64,000 nt of DNA from Eledone cirrhosa. Its lineage: Eukaryota. A program made the translations under genes and the position numbers. The notes below the pieces were generated by a model. That model worked only from the letters and a program-made list of their open reading frames with translations, was not told where the DNA came from and did no database searches. This document shows, piece by piece, positions 36,213 to 49,239 of the stretch. Location of the stretch: contig OZ024742.1 in the NCBI GenBank assembly GCA_964016885.1, positions 120,838,001-120,902,000 of the forward strand, in the 5' to 3' direction. Numbering within the stretch: position 1 is the stretch's first letter; each line of letters begins with the position of its first letter.

Positions 36213-36578
36213 CCCTTTAACATTCATATTACTCTATATATATACACATAATTAGGATTGGCAGTATCAGTAGAGGATCTGACGCCATGCTTTACAGCAA
36301 AGAGTTATGGCCCTTTACGGTCTGAGTTCAAATCCCACCGAGGTTAACTCTGCCTTTCATCCTTACGGGGTCAATAAAAGAAAATACCAGTAATGCACTG
36401 GGCAATTGCTGGCCTTGTGCCTAAAGTAGAAACAATAATATTGAATCTATGAGATTTTGATATTATTTATTTTGAAAACAACACCTTAACATAAGTATGA
36501 GCAACCGGTTACAGCTGGTTTAAACAGAAAGAGGAGAGAGAATTCTGGCCGAATATAACCAGTTTAAATGCTAAAGAG
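36213..36578. mobile_element. piggyBac-type MITE, same family as 18225-18583 in the opposite orientation, with nested SINE A (about 36254-36436, plus)
   Basis: TTAA|ccctttaacatt ... aaatgctaaagag|TTAA; internal sequence is the reverse complement of the 18225 copy. Confidence 0.82.
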
Positions 36579-37253
36579 TTAAGTAAACTTATGGCACAAA
36601 TATAGTTAACATATTGTGATATGATCCACAGATCCATCTTTCTAGTTATATCATGTTTCCATTTAGCAGGGAACTTATACTGCAGAATCTGATACACAGT
36701 AATAACTGGTATGGGATACATTATGACAGTCAGGACATATTGCACTCACTCCACTGTCCAATCTGTTTATATATGCCTAAAGACTTGTGTTTGTGCCATG
36801 ACACAACACAGCCAGTACACCGTATAAAGTGGTTGGTAATAGGGAAGGCATCCAGCCATAGAATACTTGCTAAACAAAGGGTCAGGAGGACTCTTGAGTT
36901 ATCTCAAAGATGTCCAACCTTCCTAAAATGCAATCTGTACACTCTGAAAAGTGTGCAAATGTATGTAAGTTACACACCGTCCCTCTAACCTCGCCCAGTC
37001 CATCTGTGAAGTCAGTAGCTCTGATTAAATACTTAGTCTGTGATGACCAATCCAACAGCAAGGAAAATGGATGTTAAATGTTGTTGCTGTTGTTGTTGTT
37101 GATGATGATGATGGTGGCCACAACAAAGGTGGGTAAAATGCATTTGGTTAATGTATGACAACTGTATTCCCTGGTCTTTATTGTTAGAGGTGTGCATCTG
37201 CAGCACAATATTTGAGGAAGTGGGCCTATAGATACTACAGCAATTTTCATGTA

Positions 37254-37449
37254 TGAGGGTCGGCTAAACAGTTTATAGGCTAACCAAGATACTCTCATGG
37301 AATGACCAAATGAGGTTTATTTTCAACATAGACCCTGGAGAGAAACAATGCAGTTATCAATAAGAAGAGTTGAAATTAATGCATGCAATATTCACAGCTC
37401 TAGCATCAATCCTTCCTAGTCAGCCAATGAACTTTTCAGCTGACCCTTG
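37254..37449. mobile_element. Tc1/mariner-type MITE
   Basis: TA|tgagggtcggctaaacagtttataggctaac ... gtcagccaatgaacttttcagctgacccttg|TA: about 31-bp imperfect TIR with TA TSD. Confidence 0.78.
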
Positions 37450-37590
37450 TATATGGATGAACTATGTTTAACCAGACTAAATGGAAGATATATTGTGTTT
37501 GTAAGATATTGTTATTGTAGTCACTAGACAGGGAAGTGTTTTCCATGCAGTGAGGAGGACTGTAGTGATTGAAAGTTGCTGCAGCAATAA

Positions 37591-38575
37591 CTGTACCTCT
37601 CATATATCCAGGGTGGGGTCGTGTACCTCTCATATATCCAGGATGGGGTGGTGTACCTCTCATATATTCAGGGTGGAGTGGTGTACCTCTCATATATTCA
37701 GGGCGGAGTGGTGTACCTCTCATATATCCAGAGTGGGGTGGTGTACCTCTCATATATCCAGGATGGGGTGGTGTACCTCTCATATATCCAGGGTGGCGTA
37801 GTATACCTCTCATATATCCAGGGTGGGGTCGTGTACCTCTCATATATCCAGGGTGGAGTGGTGTACCTCTCATATATCCAGGGTGGGGTGGTGTACCTCT
37901 CATATATCCAGGGTGGAGTGGTGTACCTCTCATATATCCAGGGTGGAGTGGTGTACCTCTCATATATCCAGAGTGGGGTGGTGTACCTCTCATATATCCA
38001 GGGTGGAGTGGTGTACCTCTCATATATTCAGGGTGGAGTGGTGTACCTCTCATATATCCAGGGTGGAGTTGTATACCTCTCATATATCCAGGGTGGGGTG
38101 GTGTACCTCTCATATATCCAGGGTGGGGTGGTGTACCTCTCATATATCCAGGGTGGGGTGGTATACCTCTCATATATTCAGGGTGGAGTGGTATACCTCT
38201 CATATATTCAGGGTGGAGTGGTGTACCTCTCATATATCCAGGGTGGAGTGGTATACCTCTCATATATCCAGGGTGGGGTGGTGTACCTCTCATATATCCA
38301 GGGTGGAGTGGTATACCTCTCATATATTCAGGGTGGAGTGGTATACCTCTCATATATTCAGGGTGGAGTGGTGTACCTCTCATATATCCAGGGTGGAGTG
38401 GTATACCTCTCATATATTCAGGGTGGAGTGGTGTACCTCTCATATATTCCAGGGTGGAGTGGTGTACCTCTCATATATTCAGGGTGGAGTGGTATACCTC
38501 TCATATATCCAGGGTGAGGTGCTGTACCTCTTATATCCAAGGTGGGGTGGTGTACTTCTCATATATTCAGGGTAT
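37591..38575. repeat. 30-bp minisatellite, about 33 copies (gtacctctcatatatccagggtggagtggt)
   Basis: Directly visible; the unit length is a multiple of 3, which explains open frames on both strands. Confidence 0.97.
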
Positions 38576-38663
38576 GTAAATCAGGCCGATCAGTCACTGT
38601 GTATTTTTGAAAATAGCATATATTTTCACTAGCTCTGACAGTTGCCAGGTGAACAGCTAGCTG

Positions 38664-38697
38664 TACTGATGAAGGGTGATACTCAGAAACATTAGTA
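38664..38697 (+). ncRNA. Degenerate PLE-type hammerhead-like motif
   Basis: UA-CUGAUGA-AGGGUGAUACUCA-GAAACAUUAGUA; canonical stem I is not convincing. Confidence 0.3.
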
Positions 38698-38879
38698 TCT
38701 GCAGTTCTGTTTGCATGCCAACACAAGAGCAAGAATGAAGTGTTCATTCTACTGACATGGCTATAAAATTGAGGCTTGTTTGCAAAATTGGAAACTAATC
38801 AAATGTTATTATTAATATTTGAAAAACTCAGGTTACATTTATTATACACATATATATATATACTGTATATATACACACA

Positions 38880-39346
38880 CAGGCCAGTTATATAATGCCT
38901 GTATGAGGAGTGCAATGCTGCATGGTAGTGAGACATGGGCAGCAACTGCAGAGGATATGCAACAGCTGGAGAGAAATGAGGCAATGCCAATGTGCGTGAA
39001 CGACCAAGCATAGATGTGTTGAGAGAGAAACTGTGTCTGAGAGGGATAGATTGTAGTGCGCGAGAGAAGAGACTGTGATGGTATGGACATGTGATGCGCA
39101 TGGAGGATGACCAATGGGTGAAGAAGTGCCAGGAAATGCCAGTTGAAGGAAGACGTGGTAGAGGTAGACCACGAAAAACATGGGAGGAGGTGGTGAGAGC
39201 AGACCTCAGATCGCTGAAGCTCAGCAATCTGAGTCGGTGGAGATGACGAAGGACCGTGACAGGTGGAGAGATGGTGTGCTGAATAGGACCCATCCAACCC
39301 TTCCAAGCAGGGAAAAGCGGACGTAAAATGATGATGATGATGATGA
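38880..39346 (+). mobile_element. 3' fragment of a second RTE subfamily with a short 3' UTR and (ATG)n tail
   Basis: GQLYNACMRSAMLHGSETWA, KRLxWYGHVMRM, RGRGRPRKTW; ends aagcagggaaaagcggacgtaaaatgatgatg. Confidence 0.87.
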
Positions 39347-39501
39347 TATATATATATACACAGAGAGATAAATAGATATATAGATATGGTAACGAGTTAC
39401 TGCCCAACAGCTGAGCTCGTCATTTTTATGGCAAATATCAAGTACTAAGCTGAACAATGGTCATACTAGTCTAAACTGGTGACTCCCAATCTCCCCCTCT
39501 T

Positions 39502-39560
<59 letters not shown>

Positions 39561-39702
39561 CAAAGGAAGTGTGGTAAGGAACCAGATGGACCATAACGCA
39601 CCAGAGTACTCAATACTTAGGGTAGTAGAGTGGGTAATAGAGTGAGTCCAGAAATAGCTGTCGAAACGGCTTGAGCTCTGCCGTCGGGGTTAAACACTTT
39701 CC

Positions 39703-39797
<95 letters not shown>

Positions 39798-39994
39798 ATA
39801 TGTAATATTTATATATGTGTGTGTGTATATACATATATATACACACACACACACATATATATAGAGAGAGAGAGGGGGAGAATGACACATTCAATAAAGA
39901 GTGTGTTTGTGGGTGTTTTAATAGTAAGCTACCATTTCAATATATCTTATATTTAAAATCCTGACAGATTTATTGGATGCATTGTGGGAACATT

Positions 39995-40168
39995 ACACAT
40001 TACACAGACACACATACACAAGTACAGACACACACACACACATACACATACACATACCCCCACACACACATACACACATACATACACAAGCACACACACA
40101 CACACATACACATACCCACACACATACACACACATACATACACAAGCTCACACACACATACATATACA

Positions 40169-40241
<73 letters not shown>

Positions 40242-40600
40242 GCACACATGCATGATTTATGCATGGATACATACATATTTACAACACCCTTGCTTTGACC
40301 GTGGCTGTACATAAATATGGTCATATACACACACAAACATAGATCACAATCACATACATGCAAACATACACACATGCAAACACACACACATAGAAACACA
40401 CACACACATGCAAACACACACACACATGCATGTACACACTTACAAGCATACATGCATCATTTATGTATGATTACACATATATATTTACAACACACATACT
40501 TTGACCACACTGATACATGGGTGCATATATGTATACCCATACATGTTAGATCCCTAAACATGTGCACACATGCACACACACATATGCACATACATACATG
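39995..40600. repeat. (CA)n-rich low-complexity tract; similar tracts at 42865-43370, 45060-45545 and 60930-61160
   Basis: Directly visible. Confidence 0.9.
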
Positions 40601-41417
40601 CAATTGTTAACATTATTGAGAACATAGGACTTGCTTCAATGAAGCATATCCAGATAATTCTTCCTTTTAGCTAGCTGTAACAGTTTGATAGAAGAGCTGT
40701 TTATTCCAGAGTCCATAATTGTATGAATCTATTTAGCGAATGACATTATTTTGAAAGCATGTTTCCCCTCTTGATAGAAAGCAACTTATCTAAACATGCT
40801 TGCTGCTTCAATAACAGAAAAGGCCAGAGATAAAACCAAATTCATTGTTGAAGTAAATGAATGATTTCAATGACTAAAATATCTACAGAAAACCCTAATA
40901 ACATTTATATCTAACATAGACACACAGTCACTTATTTTGGGATCGGTATAGTTGAGTTGATTAAATTGACACCAGTGTTTAACTGGTACTTTATTTCATC
41001 AACTCCAGAAGGATGAAAGGCAAAGTTGACCTTGGCAGGATTTGAACTCAAAACATAAATAGCTATAACGAAATACAGCAAAGCATTTATCTGATGCTCT
41101 AATGATTGAGCTTCTCCCAACCCGACCCCTGCCTCATAACACTGACAATTCTTTTGTACCCATTCTAAACATGTCTGAGAAATCCTCCCAAAATGTCCCC
41201 CTGGATGTGTAGTGTCAATATGTATGAACAATGAGACACAGCTGAGAGAAAAATTTGGCATTAAACATATTTACTGTAGTGTAGAAGAGAGGAGATTGTG
41301 GTGATATGGTTGTGTGGTACATATAAAAAATAATAGTTTGGTGAAAAATATTTAAACAATACAATAAGAAGGCGGCCAGAGAAGAAAGAATCCAAAGATG
41401 AGATGGGAAGAAATAAT

Positions 41418-41571
41418 TGTTTCTACTTTTGGCACAAGGCCAGCAATTATCCCAATGTATTACTGGTACTTTATTTTATCGACCCCGTAAAGATGAAAGG
41501 CAAAGTTTACCTCGGCGGGATTTGAACTCAGACAATAAAGGGACGTAACTCTTTGCTGCAAAGCATGGCGT
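41418..41571 (-). mobile_element. 5'-truncated SINE A with a 17-bp TSD, inside a decayed RTE remnant
   Basis: agatgggaagaaataat at 41401-41417 and 41572-41588. Confidence 0.9.
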
Positions 41572-41624
41572 AGATGGGAAGAAATAATGAGGGTTGATAT
41601 GAAATTGTGTGCTCAACAAAGGAG

Positions 41625-42029
41625 ATGAAAATTGTTAACCATCTTGCCAACAACAACCCTGAGTACCTTTTTGATTTCCATGTGTCTAACACACGTGGGC
41701 ATGCCCACAAAGTCAGAAAAGAGTACAGTTCCCATGACTTTCGGAAACATATTTTCACACTCAGAGTTGCTGAAGCATGGAACAAACTACCTGCATCAGT
41801 TGTTAGCTGTCGGACACTGCATCCTTTAAAGCCTCCATGTTTCCCGAGATCCGTCAACACTACACCTAATGTTCCCTCTCCATACACATACACACATGTA
41901 TATCATGACTCATACCCTATTCACTTCCCTGACATTTGTATATTATTCTATGTACTATACATGCACCTTTGACGAGTTGTAGTGCACCTGAGCACTGTAC
42001 ACAATAACTTCATTATTATTATTATTATT
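41625..42029 (+). mobile_element. CR1-clade LINE 3' end with (ATT)n tail; further copies at about 46690-46830 and 59840-60243 (both minus)
   Basis: SNTRGHAHKVRK...RKHIFTLRVAEAWNKLPASVV is the typical CR1 ORF2 C-terminus; the 3' UTR is shared among the copies. Confidence 0.88.
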
Positions 42030-42153
42030 CTTTGTTATTTTATTTCATCCTCTGTTTTTTTTACACGCAGAAATGCCCATTTGTACCGTCCTGTATTGTC
42101 CTGCACTGTCCTTAATGTCTACTTTATGTAAACCCTTGTGGTTAATAAAGAAA

Positions 42154-42213
<60 letters not shown>
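42030..42213 (+). mobile_element. Tx1-like LINE 3' end inserted in the CR1 (ATT)n tail
   Basis: Reverse complement of 2430-2550; (ATT)n on both sides. Confidence 0.85.
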
Positions 42214-42214
<1 letters not shown>

Positions 42215-42269
42215 GATAAACTGTAGCCAGTAGAGGGATGTTGGGATGGAACTGACTTGTTGAACCTAT

Positions 42270-42578
42270 GGTGATTGTGATGATGATGGGGGTGATGAGA
42301 ATGATGAGGGTTGTGGTGGTGGTGGTGGTGGTGGTGGTGGTGGTGGTGGTGGTGATGATGATGGTGGTGGTGGTGGTGGTGGTCACCGTCGTCATAATGA
42401 TAATGATGATGATGATGGTGATGTTGATGGAGATGATGATGATGAGGAGGAGAAGGAGGATGGAGATGATGATGATGATGATGATGGGGTTGATGATGAT
42501 GATGATGGGGATGATGATAATGATGGGGATGATTACGATGATATAGATGACGACAATGATGATGATGACGATGACAAC

Positions 42579-42618
<40 letters not shown>
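42270..42618. repeat. (GAT)n/(GGT)n low-complexity tract
   Basis: Directly visible. Confidence 0.9.
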
Positions 42619-42977
42619 TCACTCTGATGATGGAGGATTATATTCTGTAACATTTCGTTATTCAATCCTATCCAAATTAAGTCCTACACAAACCTTTCAT
42701 CATTTATCATGGAAATATAAAAATGAATAAAAAGCTAAAGATTGTCTGCTGCAGAGATTTGGTCAGTTCAGCCATAATGGTGGGCAGATGTAATAGTGCC
42801 TCTTGTAATGATATCAAAATTAGGCTAGACATCGTTGTAAGCTTAGGTCAAAGGTTATAACAGCACACACACACACACATACATACATCACACACACACA
42901 CACATACATACATCACACATACAACACACACAACACACACAACACACTCTCACACATACAAACACACACACAACACA

Positions 42978-43013
<36 letters not shown>

Positions 43014-43544
43014 ACAGACTCTCACACATACAAACACACACACACAACACACTCTCTCACACACACACACACAACACACTCTCACACACAAACATACACA
43101 CTTACATACATGGCCACACACACAAACATACACACTTACATACATGGCCACACACACAACACACTCTCTCACACACACAACACACTCTCACACATACAAA
43201 CACACACACAACACACTCTCTCACACACACAACACACTCTCACACACACAAACATATGCACTCACATACATGGCCACACACACAACACACTCTCACACAC
43301 ACACAACACACTCTCACACTCTCTCACACACACAACACACTCTCTCACACACAACACACTCTCTCACACATCTATACATGACCGTACATAAAATCAATTA
43401 TAGACTGGACATTCCGTTTTTTCTGCAAGTCAGAGACAATTTAATAAGTTTTATTGTGCTGAGATAGCAGCAAAGTATTCTTCAGAGTTATAGCTTTAAA
43501 AATAATTGTCTTTGAAATGATGAATTTTCTTTTAATTCAATCTA

Positions 43545-44480
43545 AAATGATTGAATTATAAAGCTATCCTTGTTGTTGCTATTGTTGTTGTTATTGTTGT
43601 TGTTGTAACTGTTAGTGATAGTGTTGTTGTAACTGTAAGTGATAGTGTTGTTGTTGTTGTAACTGTTAGTGATAGTGTTGTTAAAATGATTGAATTATAA
43701 AGCTATCTTTGTTGTTGCTATTGTTGTTGTTGTTGTTGTTGTTGTTGTAACTGTTAGTGATAGTGTTGTTGTTGTAACTGTAAGTGATAGTGTTGTTGTT
43801 GTTGTAACTGTTAGTGATAGTGTTGTTGTTGTTGTAACTGTGATAGTGTTGTTGTTGTTGTTGTAACTGTTAGTGATAGTGTTGTTGTTGTTGTTGTTGT
43901 TGTTGTAACTGTAAGTGATAGTGTTGTTGTTGTTGTAACTGTTAGTGATAGTGTTGTTGTTGCTCTTGTTGTTGGTGGTGATGGTGGTGGGGGATTAATG
44001 GTGTAACAAACATTGTTGTAAATGTTATGGTAGTGTCGTTGGTGGTGTTGGTGGTCTTGGTGGTGGTGGTGGTGGTGGTGGTGGTAGTCTTGGTGGCGGT
44101 GGTGGTGGTGGTGGTGGTGGTGGTGGTGGTGGTGGTGGTGGTGGTGGTGGTGGTGGTGGTGGTGATGGTGTTGGTGGTCTTTGTGGTGTTGGTAGTCTTG
44201 GTGGTGGTGGTGGTGGTGGTGGTGGTGGTGGTGGTGTTGGTGGTCTTTGTGGTGTTGGTAGTCTTGGTGGTGGTGGTGGTGGTAGTCTTGGTGGTGGTGG
44301 TAGTCTTGGTGGTGGTGGTGGTGGTGGTGGTGGTGGTCTTTGTGGTGGTAGTAGTCTTGGTGGTGGTGGTGGTGGTGGTGGTGGTGGTGTTGATGCTGTT
44401 GGTCTTTGCGGTGGTAGAATTCTTGGTGGTAGTCTTTGCAGCGGTAGTAGTCTTGGTGGTGGTGGTGGTGGTGGTAGTAA
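43545..44480. repeat. (GTT)n-based minisatellite (gttgttgtaactgttagtgatagt) with a local duplication, followed by a (GGT)n tract
   Basis: aaaatgattgaattataaagctatc occurs at about 43545 and 43683. Confidence 0.9.
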
Positions 44481-44871
44481 TGAGGGAGTGTTGGTAATGG
44501 TGTAACAAACATTGACATCATGGTTATCACTGAGTGTCTTGATTGTGTTTTATCAGAGTATATCTATGTAGAAATTCAATCAAGTGTGCTTTGTCCTGTT
44601 TCATTCAATAAGCAATATTTCCAAATAAGTTAGCCGACCAAGCTGAGCCAGCTTTAAATTTCCAGTCTTAATTTACTTCTGCAAGAGATATAATAAACTT
44701 TATGATGACATTTCTGATTTTAAAAACTATTTCTAAGTCTCAGACATATATAAATGATGGTTTACTGGCTTGTCTATACAACTAATCCAACTTATCCTTT
44801 GAAATTGTTTCAATAGATATTTTCAATGCTATTTAAAACATTATATCATATTATATTATATTATATTATAT

Positions 44872-45056
44872 TGTGGATTGGCAGTATCGGTAGAGGGTCG
44901 GACGCCATGCTTTGATGCATAGAGTTACGGCCCTTGCTATTCTGAGTTCAAATCCCGCCGAGGTTAACTTTGCCTTTCATCCTTACGGGGTCGATAAAAT
45001 AAAGTACCAGTAATGTACTGGGTAATTTCTGGCCTTGTGCCAATAGTAGAAACAAT
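44872..45056 (+). mobile_element. SINE A, near full-length; further copies at about 48749-48934 (+), 50957-51162 (+), 58873-59087 (-), 59108-59283 (-) and 40930-41110 (-, decayed)
   Basis: gtggattggcagtatcggtagag head, B box, core and gtagaaacaatt end. Confidence 0.9.
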
Positions 45057-45546
45057 TATATTATATTGTATTGTATGTATGTGTGTGTGTGTGTATGTAT
45101 CTGTGTGTGTATGTATCTGTGTGTATGTATGTATGTGAGTGTGTGTATATATATGTATATGTGCTTGCATGTATGTATGTGTATGTATGTGTATATGTGT
45201 GTGTGTAAGTATGTATGTGTATAGGTATGTGTGTGTATGTATGTATATACATACATACGTACATACATACATACATACATACAAGCATCCATCCATCTAT
45301 CCATGTATGCATGTATCCATGTATGCATGTATCTATATATGTATATATATATATGTATGTGTATATGTGTGTGTATGTATGTGCATGTATGTATGTATGT
45401 ATATACATGCATATGTATATACATACTTACATACATACAAACAAGCATCCATCCATCCATCTATGTAAGTATCCATGAATATATATATATGTGTGTATGT
45501 ATGTATGTGTGTATGTATGCATGTATTTGTATATATGTATGTATGC

Positions 45547-45876
45547 AAGTGGTTAGAGCATTGGCCTTGCAATCGAAAGATTGTGAGTTCAATTCTCAGA
45601 CCGGGTGATGTGTTGTTTCCTTGAGCAAGACACTTTATTTCACATTGCTCCAGTTTACTCAGCTGTAGAAATGAGATGATAGGGACTAGGGTCCATATCA
45701 TACCACTGCAAAGTGGTCGTGGAGGTGCCACGGCAAAAAAGCACCCAGCACTCACTGTAAATGAGGTTGGTGTTAGGAAGGGCATCCAGCTGTAGAAATC
45801 AAGCCAGCATCAGTTCCCGTTCCACCCTTGCAAGCAGGGAAAAGCAGACGTAAAATGAAATGATGAATGATGATGT
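45547..45876 (+). mobile_element. SINE family B: tRNA head, CORE-like domain and RTE-derived tail; further copies at about 47301-47580, 51215-51455 and 63475-63752 (all minus)
   Basis: gtggttagagc...gagttcaattc; ccttgagcaagacactttatttc...ctcagctgtagaaatgag resembles the CORE domain; tail aagcagggaaaagcagacgtaaaatga. Confidence 0.85.
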
Positions 45877-47241
45877 ATTAGGCAAGGCGTTAGCAGAGTC
45901 TTTAGAATGTTGAATAAAATGGTTTATGTCTTTCGTTTTGGTTCTCAGTGCTCCTGCTGATGTCAATTTTGCCCCTCATCCTTTCAAAGTCGATAAATAA
46001 AATACTAGTCCAGTACTTGGATCAATTCTTTCATGATGTCTGTCAATCTATATTTATTTCTCTATCCATTGATCCATCTGTCTGTCTAGCTTTGTTCTCT
46101 CTCTCTCTCTCATCTCTCTCCAAGAAATCAACTGTGCTCAGACATGGAGAAGGATGGTCTTCACTAGGTTTAAATGCTCAAGCTGTCATGATGGTGTCCG
46201 TCAGACTCTATGAAGAGTTGAATTCAAGGCCTGTGGGTGAATGGGTATATCTATATTTCAGTTGTGTGTTGGTTATAGCTTCCTAGATCTGAATGAAAAT
46301 GTATTTGTGACCACTCAGTGATGGTCAAAGATTAAGTAATTCCACCTATCCACCCGTCTACTAGGCACAGGAGTAGTGTTAGTGTTTATATTGTAAATTG
46401 TGCTGGTCATGATTTTGACATAGTTTTTCTGGCAGGATACCTTTCCTATCATCAATCATTTTACAGTGTAGACTGGGAGGATGTTATCATGCCACCAGCA
46501 CTAGAGGGGTTTCTTTATCCCTTCTATACTGAGTCAGTTTTTATTCATAGTTACTGTTTTTCTAGATGGGGTGCCTTCACAGATGCTAGTGCCTTCTATA
46601 CAAGTTAATGTGAGTCAATGACAATATTATATGCTAGGAGGAATAATTGATAAAACTCTCTTTCAAGCCTCACAACTTCTAAACTTTTAATAATAATAAT
46701 AATAATGAATGAAATTATTGTGTACAGTGCTCAGGTGCACTACAACTCGTCAAAGGTGCATGTATAGTACATAGAATAATATACAAATGTCAGGGAAGTG
46801 AAAAGAGTATGAGTCATGATATACATGTGAATCATGATATACATGTATAATATTTCATAGATTTACATTTCTTGCTTGGTAACATGTATGTGGCATTGTT
46901 ATGTATGTGTATGTGTGTATGTATAAGTGTGTGTATGTGTGTAAGTGTGTGTCTAAGTGTGTACACACATACAAATAGTTTTTTGCATATTGAATATGAC
47001 AAGTGAAGAAAAGATTTTAGTTAACTGAGACTATCTTTGCAATTTCAAGATTGAAACTTCCTTTAATGGTAATCAGGGGATGAGAAGCAAACATGGAAGT
47101 GAATTCCGATAGCCTGAGCTGGTCCAAGTCTTTTGGAACAATTTAAGACAATGTAGTGGGAGTAGAGTGTATTTATGAACCAGCTTGGTGAAATCAAGAC
47201 ATGTTTTAATCTTATTTGATCTCCTCAACAAAACATGTTCA

Positions 47242-47304
<63 letters not shown>

Positions 47305-47579
47305 TCATCATCATCATCATCATTTTACGTCCACTTTTCCCTGCTTGCAAGGGTGGGACGTGATTCTGGCTTGATTTCTACAGCCGGATGCCCTTCCTAA
47401 CACCAACCTCATTTACAGTGAGTGCTGGGTGCTTTTTTGCCGTGGCACCTCCACGACCACTTTGCAGTGGAATGATAGGGACCCTAGTCCCTATCATCTC
47501 ATTTCTACAGCTGAGTAAACTGGAGCAATGTGAAATAAAGTGTCTTGCTCAAGGAAACAACACATCACCTTGAGCAAGA

Positions 47580-47617
<38 letters not shown>

Positions 47618-47752
47618 ATGTGTGTGCGTATACAATATGGTCAACTGAATATGCACGTGTTTTTTTCTCCCCAGTTATTTTTTTTTCTCATTTTCCCCGT
47701 TCTTTCCTCTCGTCACTCTTTATTTTCTATTCATCTTCTATTTCTAACACTA

Positions 47753-47788
47753 TTTTCTGATGAAGGACTAGTGTCCGAAACGTTGAAA
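47753..47788 (+). ncRNA. Minimal hammerhead-like motif, same family as 16630-16665
   Basis: UUUU-CUGAUGA-A-GGAC UAGU GUCC-GAAACGUU-GAAA; downstream ctcttcctgctat...aatatat is shared with the other copy. Confidence 0.58.
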
Positions 47789-47910
47789 CTCTCTTCCTGC
47801 TATTTTAAGCATTAAACTAATATATTTCTTCCATGTGCTGTGCTGCTTGTTTTATTATTTTTGTTATTTCTGTCTATTTTTTACATACACACACACACAC
47901 ACATACACAC

Positions 47911-47960
<50 letters not shown>

Positions 47961-49239
47961 TCAGGTAGGTGTCACGGCAAAAAGCACCCAGTCCACACTG
48001 TAAAGTGGTTGGGTAGGCATTACAACGAAAAGCACCCAGTACTCACTGTAAATGAGGTTGGCGCTATAAATGGCATCCAGCTGTAGAAACCAAGCCAAAA
48101 TTGGTTCTGTATGAGCATGATATGGTCACCTGACCTAGTATTGCTCACAACAGGATAATTTGTCTAACCCATGCCAGTGTGGAAGAATGTAAATGCTAAA
48201 GGGTTAAATCATTCTGGTTTAATTAATTATAATTTAAACTAATTTGGTTTAATAAATTGTTGGTGTACATTCAAACTTGTAACTTAACAGTGAATATATA
48301 AATACAATAACACACATTCTAAATGTAACCGGAACCTTTGAATATTTCGACTCGTCATAATAAATTGTAATACTATTTCTGTTTGATAATTAATTGTTTC
48401 TACTTTAGGCACAAAGCCAGCAATTACCCAGTACATTACTGGTACTTGATAATTGATAAAACCTGTTGGTCTCAATGATGAGTGTTCCAGTTTATTTGAT
48501 CAATGGAACAGCCTGCTCATGTAATTAAAATACATAGTTCTCAGGGAGATTCAGCATGAAATAGTGTGCTTAAAAACTGATCCTTTGAATTATAGGCACA
48601 ACTTATGTTTTTCTAACTGAATGGACTGGAGCATTGGGAAATAATGTGTCTTGCTCAAGGACACAACATGCCTCTGAGAATCAAACTCATGACCTTACAA
48701 CCATAAGCTGTTCAGCCTAACCAATAAGTTGTGTTTTCACAATATTATAGTGGATTGGCAGTATCAGTAGAGGGTCGGGTGCCATGCTTTGACACATAGA
48801 GTTACGATCCTTGCCATTCTGAGTTCAAATCCCTCCGAGGTTAACTTTGCCTTTCATCCTTACGGGGTCGATGAAGTAAAGTATGCGTAATGCACTGGGT
48901 AATTGCTGGCCTTGTGCCAAAAGTAGAAACAATTATAAATGCAGCAGCTTCAATTAATGATCTTTTGGGTTAATGATTTTATTTTTATAAAATTATAAAA
49001 ATGAATATTTAATAGTCAATTGTGAAAAATAAATACTACATTCATAATGATTGTTTTAAAATCTTTTTATTAGTGCAATGTGCATTGGTAATGTGCGCAT
49101 CAGCATTTGTTCATTCATTTAAGCCTTATTTTTGCATGATAACATGTGCATGCATGCTGTGTTCCTATTCTTACTGTGATTCTTTTGTCTTAAAACTTTT
49201 GAATTCATTCACTCTTCCAATATGCCAAAATAAAAGAAT

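Noticed and set aside
37436-38632. 270-336-aa decapeptide-repeat ORFs such as MRGTPLHPGY
   Set aside because: A 30-bp unit is open in four frames by construction, a 1-bp insertion near 38449 shifts the frames, and there is no unique coding flank.
43600-43960. Shared tgtaac(t/a)gttagtga motif between this minisatellite and the 51.6-58.2 kb satellite
   Set aside because: Only 14 of 15 bp in low-complexity sequence; the rest of the units is unrelated.
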